The notes beneath the pieces were generated by a model. It was given only the letters and a program-made list of their open reading frames with translations, ran no database searches and had not been told where the DNA came from. DNA of 64,000 nucleotides from Terriglobia bacterium (GTDB lineage Bacteria > Acidobacteriota > Terriglobia > 2-12-FULL-54-10). Below are positions 48,515 to 57,503 of this stretch, one piece after another; the stretch's first letter is position 1, and the number at the start of each line of letters is the position of its first letter. The translations under genes and the position numbers were made by a program. The stretch is taken from assembly GCA_963666975.2 (NCBI GenBank), contig CAXVYR010000004.1:1280001-1344000 (forward strand). Direction: 5' to 3'.

Positions 48515-51187
48515 TTAAAAACTGAATCGGACGCCCAGTTCGACTTCCCTGGGGCTGCGGGCGGAATTGGGCTGTCCGAAAAACGGCGACGTCAAAACGC
48601 CGCTGAACCGCGTGAAATTGGTGTGATTCAGCGCATTCCGCAGGTTTGCGAAGATGCGCATCTCGGGCCCGCCACTCCGGCCTCGGCCTCCTCCTCGTCC
48701 CCCGAAACCGCCGCCGCGTCCACCGCCTCCTCTACCACCTCCGCTACTTGGCCCCCCGCCTCTGCCGGGCCCGCCGATCCCACCCGGCGGAGGCGAGCCG
48801 CCGGGAAAGTTTCTGCCCTGCTGGCCGTTACGGTTCGATTTCAGCGAGATCGTCTTCGACAGGGTTAGGTCAATATTGAACAATCCCGGCCCCTCGCCAG
48901 AGTTCCTTTGGACGCCGGCAGGACGGTCATTGGTGACGGTGTCGTTGTTGTCATCCTTCCCGGTGATGATATTGAAAGGCCGTCCGGAGTTCGCCCGCAG
49001 CCGTGTATTGGCCGTAAGATTCCAGGGAAGCTGCAGGTTGAAGCCGGTGAAGACCGAATGCCGCCGGTCTTGCGAGGAGCGTCCCCAATCGGCGCGCAGG
49101 TTGTGGTTGTTGGCCGGGAGGCTGAAGGGCCCGTCGGTGTCGCTGTAGTTCCTGGAATAGGTATAGCGAGCGAAAATGGAGGTGCGGCCGATCCGCCCGT
49201 TCACTCGAACTCCCAGGGAGTGGTAAGAGGACATTGCGGTCGATTCCAGCAGGTTGACATTGCCACGGGTCGGGTCGGGAACCTCGATTTCGCCGGGGAG
49301 CGGCGCGTTCAGGTTCCGGCTGCGGTACAGGTGGATGCCGCGAACAAAGTCATAGGTCACTGCCGCGAACAGGCCCTTCGGCAGGCGTTTCTCAAAAGAA
49401 ACCGAGGAGTTCATCGTGTAGGGTAAAGCCAGGTCCCCGGCGCGCTCGCGCAGCGAGGTGGGAGGGATGGCCTCCACCCCGCCTCCGGTAACGAACGGGT
49501 CCGGATACGACGGGTTTCGGATTACGGTCTGCAATTGCCTGGTGCCGTCCAGGCGGAGCAGCGACGCCACCGTCCCCGTCGCCAGCCTTTGGTGGAACAG
49601 TCCCACGCCGCCGCGCAAGACAGTGGTCCGGTCGAGCGCGTACGCCACACCGAGGCGCGGATCGAAGTTGTTCTTGTCGCCGATGTGGGTCTGCGCCTCG
49701 TATCGGAGGCCGAAAGAGAGCGTCAGATTGGGCTTCAGCTTCAGATCGCTTTGCAGGAACGCGCCAAACTCCAACTGATTGGTGTCGAGCATCGGGTCCC
49801 CGCTGTTGATGGTAAAAGTTGTCGGGCGGTTTTCCTGAAACGCTTCCAGACTGGAAAAGACGAAGGTTCCCAGGAAGTTGTTTTCCGAAAGGCTGCGGTA
49901 TTGCTGGTAGTCGGCCTGCAGACCCGTCTTGAGGCTGAGGCTGCCCAAGGTGGCCATCAGGGCGTTGCCGAACTGGTAGTTGCGGTCCGTCTGCCGGCTC
50001 CGGTTTGTGGCGCCGCCGCTCCGGAAGGCGTCCAGGACGTTGATCGCCACGCCTTCTCCCAGCGGCTCGCTGTTCGACCGGTTCCGACGGAACCGGAAGC
50101 GGGTCTCGTGAACCATTGCATTCGAGAGGGTGGAAGTTTCACTGACCTGAAAAGTAAAGTTGTTCGATTCGGATTGCGAAGCCCGCTCCGGCAGCGTGAA
50201 ACCGCCGACACCCTGGTTTTCTCGGTCGCGCGTGGAATATCTCGCCATCAGGCTCAGGGAATGATTTTGGGACAGCTCGTACTTGCTGCGGCCCATCAAT
50301 TCGTTTCTCCGGTTGGGGTGAACGATGGCGGTGGAAAACGGTCCGTCGGCGGTGATCGCCTGCACGGTATCGCTGTCTTCCGCGGTGGAACGTCTGGCAG
50401 AGAGGGAAAACGACATCCGCTCCCGGAGAATCGGACCGCTGAGGTTGGCGCGGAAAGAGCGCTGCTGGTAGGGAGGTTTTGTGTCGGCAAACGCATTGCG
50501 CGCATTCAGGGCCTCATCGCGGAAGTTGAAACTGAGATTGCCGCGGAATTGGTCCGTTCCCGCGCGGGTGAACACCTCAATGCGGCCGCGCCCCGGACGG
50601 CTGTATTCGGCGCTGAAGGGATTCCGGTTGATCCGGATTTCCCGGATCTGGTCCCTTGGAGGCAGTTGGCCGCCGGAAAAGCCGTCCACGATGAAGTCCG
50701 TTCCGCCGGTGGCGTCGGCTCCGGGCCCGGCCATCTCCCGGAGAAGCTCTGCCAGTTCTTCTTCGTCCTCGGGCAGGTCGCGCAAATCCTCTTCATCGAG
50801 CACGATGGCCGTCAGGTTTTGATCCGGCTCCAGGCTGATCGTGTAAGGGTCTTCCTCCACATCCACCGATTGCCGGATGGGAGCCAGGTTAAGGGTTACC
50901 GAAAAAGCGGACATGCCGGCTTGGACCGCAATGACCTCCCTGTAAGGCTCAAAATCGGGAGCAGCTACATGAAGCCGGTACTCCCCCGGCGGAAGGGAAA
51001 GTTCAAACTCCCCGCCGTTGCCGGTCCGGGTTTCCGCCACAACCGCTTCGCCTGCGTAGGCCGTGACCGAGGCGCCCTGGATCAAGGCCCCGGTGGAGTC
51101 AAGCACGCGACCCTTCAGCGTCTCGGTTTGTGCCCAGGCTGCGGTCGTCACCAGCAGCGATGCAATCAGGAGCAAAAAGCTTCGCAT
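48515..51187 (-). CDS. TonB-dependent transporter-like outer-membrane protein
   Basis: Signal peptide, carboxypeptidase-like N-domain, NPFSAEY..PG.GRIE, LSFGLRYE.Q, PR.VELGVRFSF. Confidence 0.9.
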   Translation of the reverse strand: MRSFLLLIASLLVTTAAWAQTETLKGRVLDSTGALIQGASVTAYAGEAVVAETRTGNGGEFELSLPPGEYRLHVAAPDFEPYREVIAVQAGMSAFSVTLNLAPIRQSVDVEEDPYTISLEPDQNLTAIVLDEEDLRDLPEDEEELAELLREMAGPGADATGGTDFIVDGFSGGQLPPRDQIREIRINRNPFSAEYSRPGRGRIEVFTRAGTDQFRGNLSFNFRDEALNARNAFADTKPPYQQRSFRANLSGPILRERMSFSLSARRSTAEDSDTVQAITADGPFSTAIVHPNRRNELMGRSKYELSQNHSLSLMARYSTRDRENQGVGGFTLPERASQSESNNFTFQVSETSTLSNAMVHETRFRFRRNRSNSEPLGEGVAINVLDAFRSGGATNRSRQTDRNYQFGNALMATLGSLSLKTGLQADYQQYRSLSENNFLGTFVFSSLEAFQENRPTTFTINSGDPMLDTNQLEFGAFLQSDLKLKPNLTLSFGLRYEAQTHIGDKNNFDPRLGVAYALDRTTVLRGGVGLFHQRLATGTVASLLRLDGTRQLQTVIRNPSYPDPFVTGGGVEAIPPTSLRERAGDLALPYTMNSSVSFEKRLPKGLFAAVTYDFVRGIHLYRSRNLNAPLPGEIEVPDPTRGNVNLLESTAMSSYHSLGVRVNGRIGRTSIFARYTYSRNYSDTDGPFSLPANNHNLRADWGRSSQDRRHSVFTGFNLQLPWNLTANTRLRANSGRPFNIITGKDDNNDTVTNDRPAGVQRNSGEGPGLFNIDLTLSKTISLKSNRNGQQGRNFPGGSPPPGGIGGPGRGGGPSSGGGRGGGGRGGGFGGRGGGRGRSGGPEMRIFANLRNALNHTNFTRFSGVLTSPFFGQPNSARSPREVELGVRFSF

Positions 51188-51355
51188 GATCGAATGGTCT
51201 CCCAGGATCGGGACAGACACACCTAACCTGCCTTCATTGTAAACCCGAAAAGGCCTGCAAAAGTCGCGGTAATAAGGTCTGGCTGTTGCCGGGGCAATGC
51301 CTTTCTCTCCGGCAGCCGATCAGCTCTCAGGCCAACTTCATGTAGTGGGTCAGTA

Positions 51356-52783
51356 TCAAGCAAGGTTACGCCGCCGCCAGTAGAAGTACAGCGGCAAGCC
51401 CAGCAGGACAGTAGCGATACCCAGCAGTGACTCCGTCGGCCGGCTCCGGAAAGTGAAGATCAAAATCCAGGCGGAGAATACCAAGAAAAGGAGCGGAATA
51501 AAGGGATAAAGCGGCACGCGAAAGGGACGGACCAGTTTGGGACGGCGCACCCGCAGAACAATCACCGCGCCCACCGCCAGGGCGGAGAAAAACACCATGG
51601 CAAATCCGGAGTAGACAATCAACTGCTCAAATGTTCCCGAGAGAACCAGCACGGAGGTCCACAGCGCCAGGACAAAGGTCGATGCCGCAGGGGTCCGGAA
51701 GCGGGGATGGATACCCGCCAGCCGCATGGGAAACAGTTTGTCGGTGGCCATAGCATAATAGACTCTGGGAGCTACCAGAATCATGGCGCTGGCTGAGGCG
51801 AGGATGGAAAGCGCCATGAAGGCCGCCACCACATGAGTCGCCACAGGGCCGAAAAGTGCCAGGGAAGCTTTCTCTCCCACCTGCAACACCCCGCTCATCC
51901 CCGAGATGCCCAGGCCATAGAGGAACACTACATTCAGGCCGAGATAGAGCAGGGCCACCACGCCGGTCCCGGCCAGCAAAGAAGCCGGGATGGTTTTGTG
52001 CGGCTGCCGCATTTCCCCTGCGATGTATGCCGCTGCGTTCCAACCGCTGAAGGAAAACAAAACAAAAATCAGCGAGACGGCTCCGTTGCGCAGCGCGCCC
52101 ACGGGAACAAGCCCCTCCGGGCCGGATTGGAGATGCCCCCAATCGCCCGTTCCGAGCGCCACGCCCAGCACAATCACGGCGACAAGGGCGGCGATCTTAA
52201 TGAAAGTCAACCCCACCTGCAACCGGCTGCCGTGCCGCACACTGGAGATGTGAATCAAGGCGAGCGACCACACAATGACCAATGCAAAAAGCTGGCCTCC
52301 GCTCAACTGTATCTGGAGGGAGCCGAGTGGAACCGACCATAAAATGTTTTCGGGGCTCAGCAGGGGAGCAAAGTGAGACAGATAGGCGGCCACGCCGATG
52401 GCGGCGGCGGCGATCGGCGCTGGGAAAGCAATGACGCAAGATGTCCAGCCGGTCAAATAGCCCCACAGGGGGCCATAGGTTTCCCGCAAGTAAACGTATT
52501 CTCCCCCCGCTTCGGGAAAGGCTGCGCCCAATTCGCTATAGGAGAGCGCCCCGGCTAGTGCTAAAATAGCGCCTAGGACCCAGATCGCCAGTATCGCGAA
52601 AGGGCTTCCCAGGTCCCGAGCCAGAAAGCCCGGTGTGGTAAAGATGCCGACCCCGATACAATTGGCTATCACCACGGAGGCTGCGGTGACGGCTCCGACG
52701 GAACGCTGTAGAGATGGCTGAGAGCTTACCTGATCCAAGTGTCGGTTGGTATCCTCTCTGGGATTATGAGATGGGGGCTTCAT
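51356..52783 (-). CDS. APC-family amino acid permease
   Basis: IG.GIF.TPG, Y.ELG...P.AGGEYVYL, F.F.GWN......GE, RPFRVP.YP; about 12 TM helices. Confidence 0.93.
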   Translation of the reverse strand: MKPPSHNPREDTNRHLDQVSSQPSLQRSVGAVTAASVVIANCIGVGIFTTPGFLARDLGSPFAILAIWVLGAILALAGALSYSELGAAFPEAGGEYVYLRETYGPLWGYLTGWTSCVIAFPAPIAAAAIGVAAYLSHFAPLLSPENILWSVPLGSLQIQLSGGQLFALVIVWSLALIHISSVRHGSRLQVGLTFIKIAALVAVIVLGVALGTGDWGHLQSGPEGLVPVGALRNGAVSLIFVLFSFSGWNAAAYIAGEMRQPHKTIPASLLAGTGVVALLYLGLNVVFLYGLGISGMSGVLQVGEKASLALFGPVATHVVAAFMALSILASASAMILVAPRVYYAMATDKLFPMRLAGIHPRFRTPAASTFVLALWTSVLVLSGTFEQLIVYSGFAMVFFSALAVGAVIVLRVRRPKLVRPFRVPLYPFIPLLFLVFSAWILIFTFRSRPTESLLGIATVLLGLPLYFYWRRRNLA

Positions 52784-52973
52784 TCTAGCCGAAACGATTC
52801 GCGACCCCAAGAGGAAAGAGCGGGTTGCCGAAGCTTTTATGAGGTGCCAGGCCGGATTTTCTGTTCAGCCGGTTTGGGGACAATCGGCAGAGAAAAGTGA
52901 GTTGTCCGGCCAAAACAGAAGGCAATAATTTTTTACGCAAAAGAAAGAAATACCCGGCATAGGAGGTGGAACG

Positions 52974-53112
52974 GTGAGACGAACGCCTCTTCGGAGTTTC
53001 AGTCTGCTACTTGTTTCGGTGTCTAGGATTTGCGCGCCGCGGTGGAGAGCGCGGCACAAAAGCCCTCAATGGAACTGCTGGAAGCAAGACCTTCGGCCAC
53101 TTTAGAAGGCTT
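52974..53112 (+). pseudogene. degenerate paralog fragment of the adjacent FxLYD lipoprotein gene
   Basis: AGGAGG RBS, decayed signal peptide, and ATGGAACTGCTGGAAGCAA at 53069 identical to 53600. Confidence 0.5.
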
Positions 53113-53446
53113 TAGACCCCTCATTTCCGTTTTCAAATTCCAAAGCTAACCTTATGCCGACCTCCGATGCCAATACTCATGCTGGTTCCAGCGTCAATCT
53201 GGCATTCAGGGGGTCCAAACCCAGTGGGTGAGAAACAAAATCAGCCATTTCAGCTCTCTCTTAACAGGATCGAGCCGCGATGCCACCCCAAAGAGGCCAT
53301 GGAGATCTGAGCTTGGGATGATAGGGCCGCTGGCGTATAATCTGGAGCCGAGCGAAATTGGAAGTCGACAAATCCCGCTAACCAGAAGCAGTTCGCGGGT
53401 AATGGAGGGGAATAAACTCCCGAAATTCTTGCAGAGGGGGATTAAG

Positions 53447-53899
53447 ATGTCGAAATACATGGACCGGATGGTAGTTTTTTTGTTATTGATCGGCATTGTC
53501 CTTATTGGGTGTGGACCAGCACAGGAACAGCCATCTGTGCAGACGGAAGCACCTGTAGAAGCCGAGCCTAGCGGCGCTGAGGCGAGATTACAACCGCAGA
53601 TGGAACTGCTGGAAGCAAAAATTGCGGCCACGCAGACGGCCTTCAACATCGACGGTCAGGTGAAGAATATCTCTCCGCGGGAAGTGAGCGGAGTGGAAGT
53701 CTATTGTGATTTCCAGAACGTAAACGGCGAGAGCATACGCGTCGAGCGAGGATACCTGGATACGGACCCGCTGGCTGCCGGCGCGACATCGACGTTCAAG
53801 ATCAGCACCCAGTATGACGTCAATATCAAGCGCTTCAACGTCACTTTCGGAAGAACGTTTGGAGGCCCGCTGGTTACCAAGGACAGCCGCGAGCAGTAG
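53447..53899 (+). CDS. lipoprotein with FxLYD-like Ig domain
   Basis: Lipobox LIGC; I.GQVKN.S......VEV..DF....G....L..G....F.I pattern. Confidence 0.75.
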   Translation: MSKYMDRMVVFLLLIGIVLIGCGPAQEQPSVQTEAPVEAEPSGAEARLQPQMELLEAKIAATQTAFNIDGQVKNISPREVSGVEVYCDFQNVNGESIRVERGYLDTDPLAAGATSTFKISTQYDVNIKRFNVTFGRTFGGPLVTKDSREQ

Positions 53900-53968
53900 A
53901 GGGTTGCCATCGGTGGATGGCGATTCTCCGGGTGGCGCGCTCGCGCCGATCAGCTTGCGCGGCAGCCC

Positions 53969-54565
53969 TTAGCGGTCAAACTCGACCTGCGGCGCCTCGC
54001 GGTCCTCTTCGGTGGTTTCGAAGTAGGCATCTTCCCGCTCGAATCCGGAAAAAGAAGCCACCAGGTTGTTGGGAAATAGCTGGATATAGGTGTTGTAGCC
54101 CTGGACGGTTTGGTTGTAGCGGCGGCGCTCGATGGCGACCCGGTTTTCTGTTCCTGCCAGTTCATCCTGCAGACGCAGAAAGTTTTCATTCGCCTTCAGA
54201 TTGGGATAGTTTTCGACGATCACCAGCAGGCGGGAAAGAGCCGATTCGATTTGCTGGTTGGCGGCGATGCTCTCTCCCGGAGTGCGTGCCCCGGCCAGCG
54301 CCGCGCGCGCGTCGGCCAGCCGCGTGAAGATCTCTTCTTCGTGGGCGGCATAGCCCTTTACGGTTGACACCAGGTTGGGGATTAGATCGGCCCGCCGCTG
54401 GAGCACCACATCCACCTGAGCCCAGTTGCCCGTGATCGCTTCTTTCTGGCGAACCATTTCATTGCGATGGCCCATGAAGGTGGAAAACAGCGCGATGCCC
54501 ACCACGAGCACGACCCCGACGATGACGGCGGCTACAATGGCGAATATCTTCAAGCCTTTGGACAC
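53969..54565 (-). CDS. lemA: LemA family protein
   Basis: W.QV...LQRR.DLIPNLV.TVKGYA.HE, ENYP.LKA, LAGTENR....RRYN. Confidence 0.95.
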   Translation of the reverse strand: MSKGLKIFAIVAAVIVGVVLVVGIALFSTFMGHRNEMVRQKEAITGNWAQVDVVLQRRADLIPNLVSTVKGYAAHEEEIFTRLADARAALAGARTPGESIAANQQIESALSRLLVIVENYPNLKANENFLRLQDELAGTENRVAIERRRYNQTVQGYNTYIQLFPNNLVASFSGFEREDAYFETTEEDREAPQVEFDR

Positions 54566-54641
54566 TCCTGCTCCTCCGTTCTGTTACCGTTCTGTTACCG
54601 TTCTTTTGCTCTCTGCATGCTTCCCACGGCGCTGTGCGCTT

Positions 54642-54792
54642 CTAAGAGGTTGTTGAATGGTCCGCTTGCTAACCCCTCGGCTTCGCTCGGGACAGGCGCG
54701 CTCGGCTCGGTAAGCGCAGCCCAATCAGCACGCCGATTCCGAGCCGCGACCGTGAGGGAGCGGGTAAATGGTGTTTTTCAACAACCTGCTAA
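54642..54792. mobile_element. MITE-like element F (IS1182/IS5-like ends) with REP doublet
   Basis: CTAA direct repeats; TIR AGGTTGTTGAA / TTCAACAACCT; REP at 54741-54763 and an interrupted partner at 54662-54710. Confidence 0.8.
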
Positions 54793-54862
54793 CGCTAACC
54801 GTCAAACTAAATCCCAGTAAACAGCGCGCCTCTTTATAGTACACCGGAAACCGCACCGGCCT

Positions 54863-55585
54863 CTACGGGCGCTTTCCCATTTGGTCCACGGCCACTGCCA
54901 GCCGGGAGACCTGCTCCAGGTAGGAGCCGAACAAGTCATGCACGTGGCTGGAGGGCAGCTTCTCGGTCCCCTCGCGGATTCCCAGCACGGTGAGGAACGG
55001 GGCCGCTTCGATGGAAAAATGGGATGAGGCGGCCTGGAAGGTCTCCCGCTTCCGTGCGGGAGCGGTGATTCCAGCCAGGATCAGCGCGTGACGGGCCATG
55101 GTGGCGATGGCCGGCAGAGACTCCACCATCAACCGTGTCACTTCCTTTTCGTGCCGTTGCAACCTCAAGTACCGTTCCCGCAGACGCAACAAGTCGGAGC
55201 GCAGTTCGTGCTCTACTTGCCGGCGGTGGTGCCGCGTGTCGACTTGAATCCCGGCGACCAAGTCTTCCCCGTGCAGGATGCGATGGCTTTGCTGAATGTC
55301 CAGGAACTCGATGGGGAAGGCATCGTGGGAGTTTTTGGTCTCTTCGAGCGAGAGCAGCAGCGGGGCGGGCTGCTTCTGCTTGATCCACCACGCAATGGCC
55401 TTCTCTCCCCGGCGCAATTCGGAAACCCCTACCTGGCGCAGGGTGCAGAGCACGTTGAGGTCGGAATATTTCTTCTGATAATCGTCGCTGGCCGCCGAGC
55501 CGTACAGGACCACGCTCACCAAGTCGTTCCCGTAGGCCTCGCGCAGCCGCTTCACCAGCTCTTCCAGTAGTTGTTCTTTTTCCAT
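54863..55585 (-). CDS. Pol-beta-type nucleotidyltransferase domain protein with helical C-domain
   Basis: SVVLYGSAA..D....SDLNVL motif; FPIEFLDI.....L.G.D. Confidence 0.85.
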   Translation of the reverse strand: MEKEQLLEELVKRLREAYGNDLVSVVLYGSAASDDYQKKYSDLNVLCTLRQVGVSELRRGEKAIAWWIKQKQPAPLLLSLEETKNSHDAFPIEFLDIQQSHRILHGEDLVAGIQVDTRHHRRQVEHELRSDLLRLRERYLRLQRHEKEVTRLMVESLPAIATMARHALILAGITAPARKRETFQAASSHFSIEAAPFLTVLGIREGTEKLPSSHVHDLFGSYLEQVSRLAVAVDQMGKRP

Positions 55586-55703
55586 TGAGATGATCCTTCA
55601 GTTTTTCCTTCCCAGTTTTTCCCGCCGGAGAAGACGGAAGACGGAAGACGAGTGATGCCGAACGGGCCGGGCTTTCCTCCTCAACTGACCTTGCCAACCG
55701 CCC

Positions 55704-56516
55704 TCACCAACTGCCGGATGCGCCGCCGCCTCCGAAACCTCCCCCTCCAAATCCTCCAAAGCCTCCTCCGCCACCGCTAAAGCCTCCCAGGCCGCGTCCC
55801 ATCATGCCTGCGCCATAAAGCGGCATTCCATACCAGCCGCCTCCGCGGCGCCCCCGGCGGCGAAAAAGCAGAAAGGGGAGGAGAAAAAACATTGGCAGGA
55901 GCCGTCTCAAACCGCCTCGCGAGCTGACGCCTGTTCTGTCTTGGGGCCTGACGCCGGAGAGTACGTTGAGGGTGACGCCGGAGTCCTCGGCAATGACCTG
56001 GGCGATCGATACCATTCCCAGGGCGATAGCGTTGTCGTAGTCGCCGCTTTGCAGGTGCGGGGTCATGGCGCGCAGAATGTCGCCCGAGCGGCCGTCGGTG
56101 ATGATGGGCTCCAGGCCATACCCGACCTCAATGCGGTTGCGGCGGTCCTCGATGGCCAGAAACAGCAGGATGCCGCGGTCCTGCTGATCCCCGATTCCCC
56201 AGCGAGTAGCCAGGTCGTTGACGAAAAGTTCCAGCGACTCGCCTTCCAGCGACGGCACCGTCACGACTGCCATCTGAGCGCCTGTTTTTTGCTGGAGTTC
56301 CGCCGCCAAGCCCTCCAACTGCTGCCGCGCCCCCGCGCTGAGGACGCCGGCAAAGTCGTTGATGTAGCCCTGCGGTTTTTCCTGCGGAACCTGACCGTGC
56401 GCCGCCAGACCCGGCAGAAAAAGAACAAGGACCAACAGGGCGCTTGCGGCGGCGGAGCGAATGGGAACCCGGATGGAGAGAGCCATACCGGGCAGAAAAG
56501 TAGAAGTTAGGAACAT
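55704..56516 (-). CDS. TPM-domain (YgcG-like) protein with TM helix and Gly-rich tail
   Basis: INDFAGVL, WGIG....D.GILL, IEVGYGLE..ITD; FGGG.FGGGGASGSW end. Confidence 0.93.
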   Translation of the reverse strand: MFLTSTFLPGMALSIRVPIRSAAASALLVLVLFLPGLAAHGQVPQEKPQGYINDFAGVLSAGARQQLEGLAAELQQKTGAQMAVVTVPSLEGESLELFVNDLATRWGIGDQQDRGILLFLAIEDRRNRIEVGYGLEPIITDGRSGDILRAMTPHLQSGDYDNAIALGMVSIAQVIAEDSGVTLNVLSGVRPQDRTGVSSRGGLRRLLPMFFLLPFLLFRRRGRRGGGWYGMPLYGAGMMGRGLGGFSGGGGGFGGFGGGGFGGGGASGSW

Positions 56517-56605
56517 GCTGGCAGGTTCAGGTTATCACGCTTGCAGCAAAGCACAAAGGAACGGAAAGGCAGGGAGGGGGGAGAGGGAAGTTGTTTGGGC
56601 AAAGC

Positions 56606-57355
56606 TTATTGCTCCGAGGCCACAAAGAGCGAGTCCTGCAACGGAAGGTTGTATTGGACTTTTTGGATGAAGGCTTCGAAGATTTTTCTGCCGTGCCGCT
56701 GGCGCGTTATCTGCCGGGGCGCGGTGACGCCCTGCCCGGTGAAGTAGTTGGAAAGAATCTCCTCCTCCTCAATTCGCTCGCGGGTCTTCGGGTCGCGGCG
56801 TATCCAGACTACCCGCGCTGGCAGATGGGATAGCCGGTCCAAATAGAAAGTGGCAACGCGATTGTCCGCATCGATGAAGTTCACCACATCCACTGCCTGC
56901 GCGCCCAGGAAGTCCCTCCCGGCATACTCCAGCAGGATGCCCGGCTCCCCCAGCCGGTAACGAAGAATGTAGAAGGCGCTCATCGACTCCCGTTCCAGGT
57001 GCGCTTTCATTTCTTCCGGGGGAAAGGGTTTCGCCCCATGGATGTCGATCTCCCAGCCATGGTCGCCGCTGTAGACTATGATCGTTTCTTTGTTCTTGCC
57101 GTATTCTTCCCGCTGCTGGTCCGGGTAACGGGTGTAGGAGACAAAGGTTGACAGGCCGGTGAGCTGGTCCCGCCGGAAAGAATAAACCCTGCCCTCCATT
57201 TTGGCGCTTTCCAGATTCAGAAAGGCCTCGCCTCCCAGGGCTTCTATGGATTGGTGGAGCAGTTTGCGGCCTTGTTCGGCCTGATCCTGTGCCAGAGCCG
57301 AACTGGCTGCCGAACTGGTTATGGCAAGGAAGAGCAGACTTAAGATGACCTTCAT
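56606..57355 (-). CDS. secreted hypothetical protein (LolA/sorting-protein-like fold)
   Basis: Signal peptide; I.ALGG.AF, FY.D...HLP, YN..L.DSLF motifs. Confidence 0.7.
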   Translation of the reverse strand: MKVILSLLFLAITSSAASSALAQDQAEQGRKLLHQSIEALGGEAFLNLESAKMEGRVYSFRRDQLTGLSTFVSYTRYPDQQREEYGKNKETIIVYSGDHGWEIDIHGAKPFPPEEMKAHLERESMSAFYILRYRLGEPGILLEYAGRDFLGAQAVDVVNFIDADNRVATFYLDRLSHLPARVVWIRRDPKTRERIEEEEILSNYFTGQGVTAPRQITRQRHGRKIFEAFIQKVQYNLPLQDSLFVASEQ

Positions 57356-57503
57356 GACGGTTTCCCCATCAGCTTTCCTTCAACTATTTTCCATCAACTT
57401 ATGATCCGGTTGCTTTCGAGACGCCGCCATTTTAGTCGCTTAGGAGTCGCCAATTCGCGGTGGCTGTCAACGAACTTCAAACTTCCGGGAATAGCCGGTG
57501 CGG

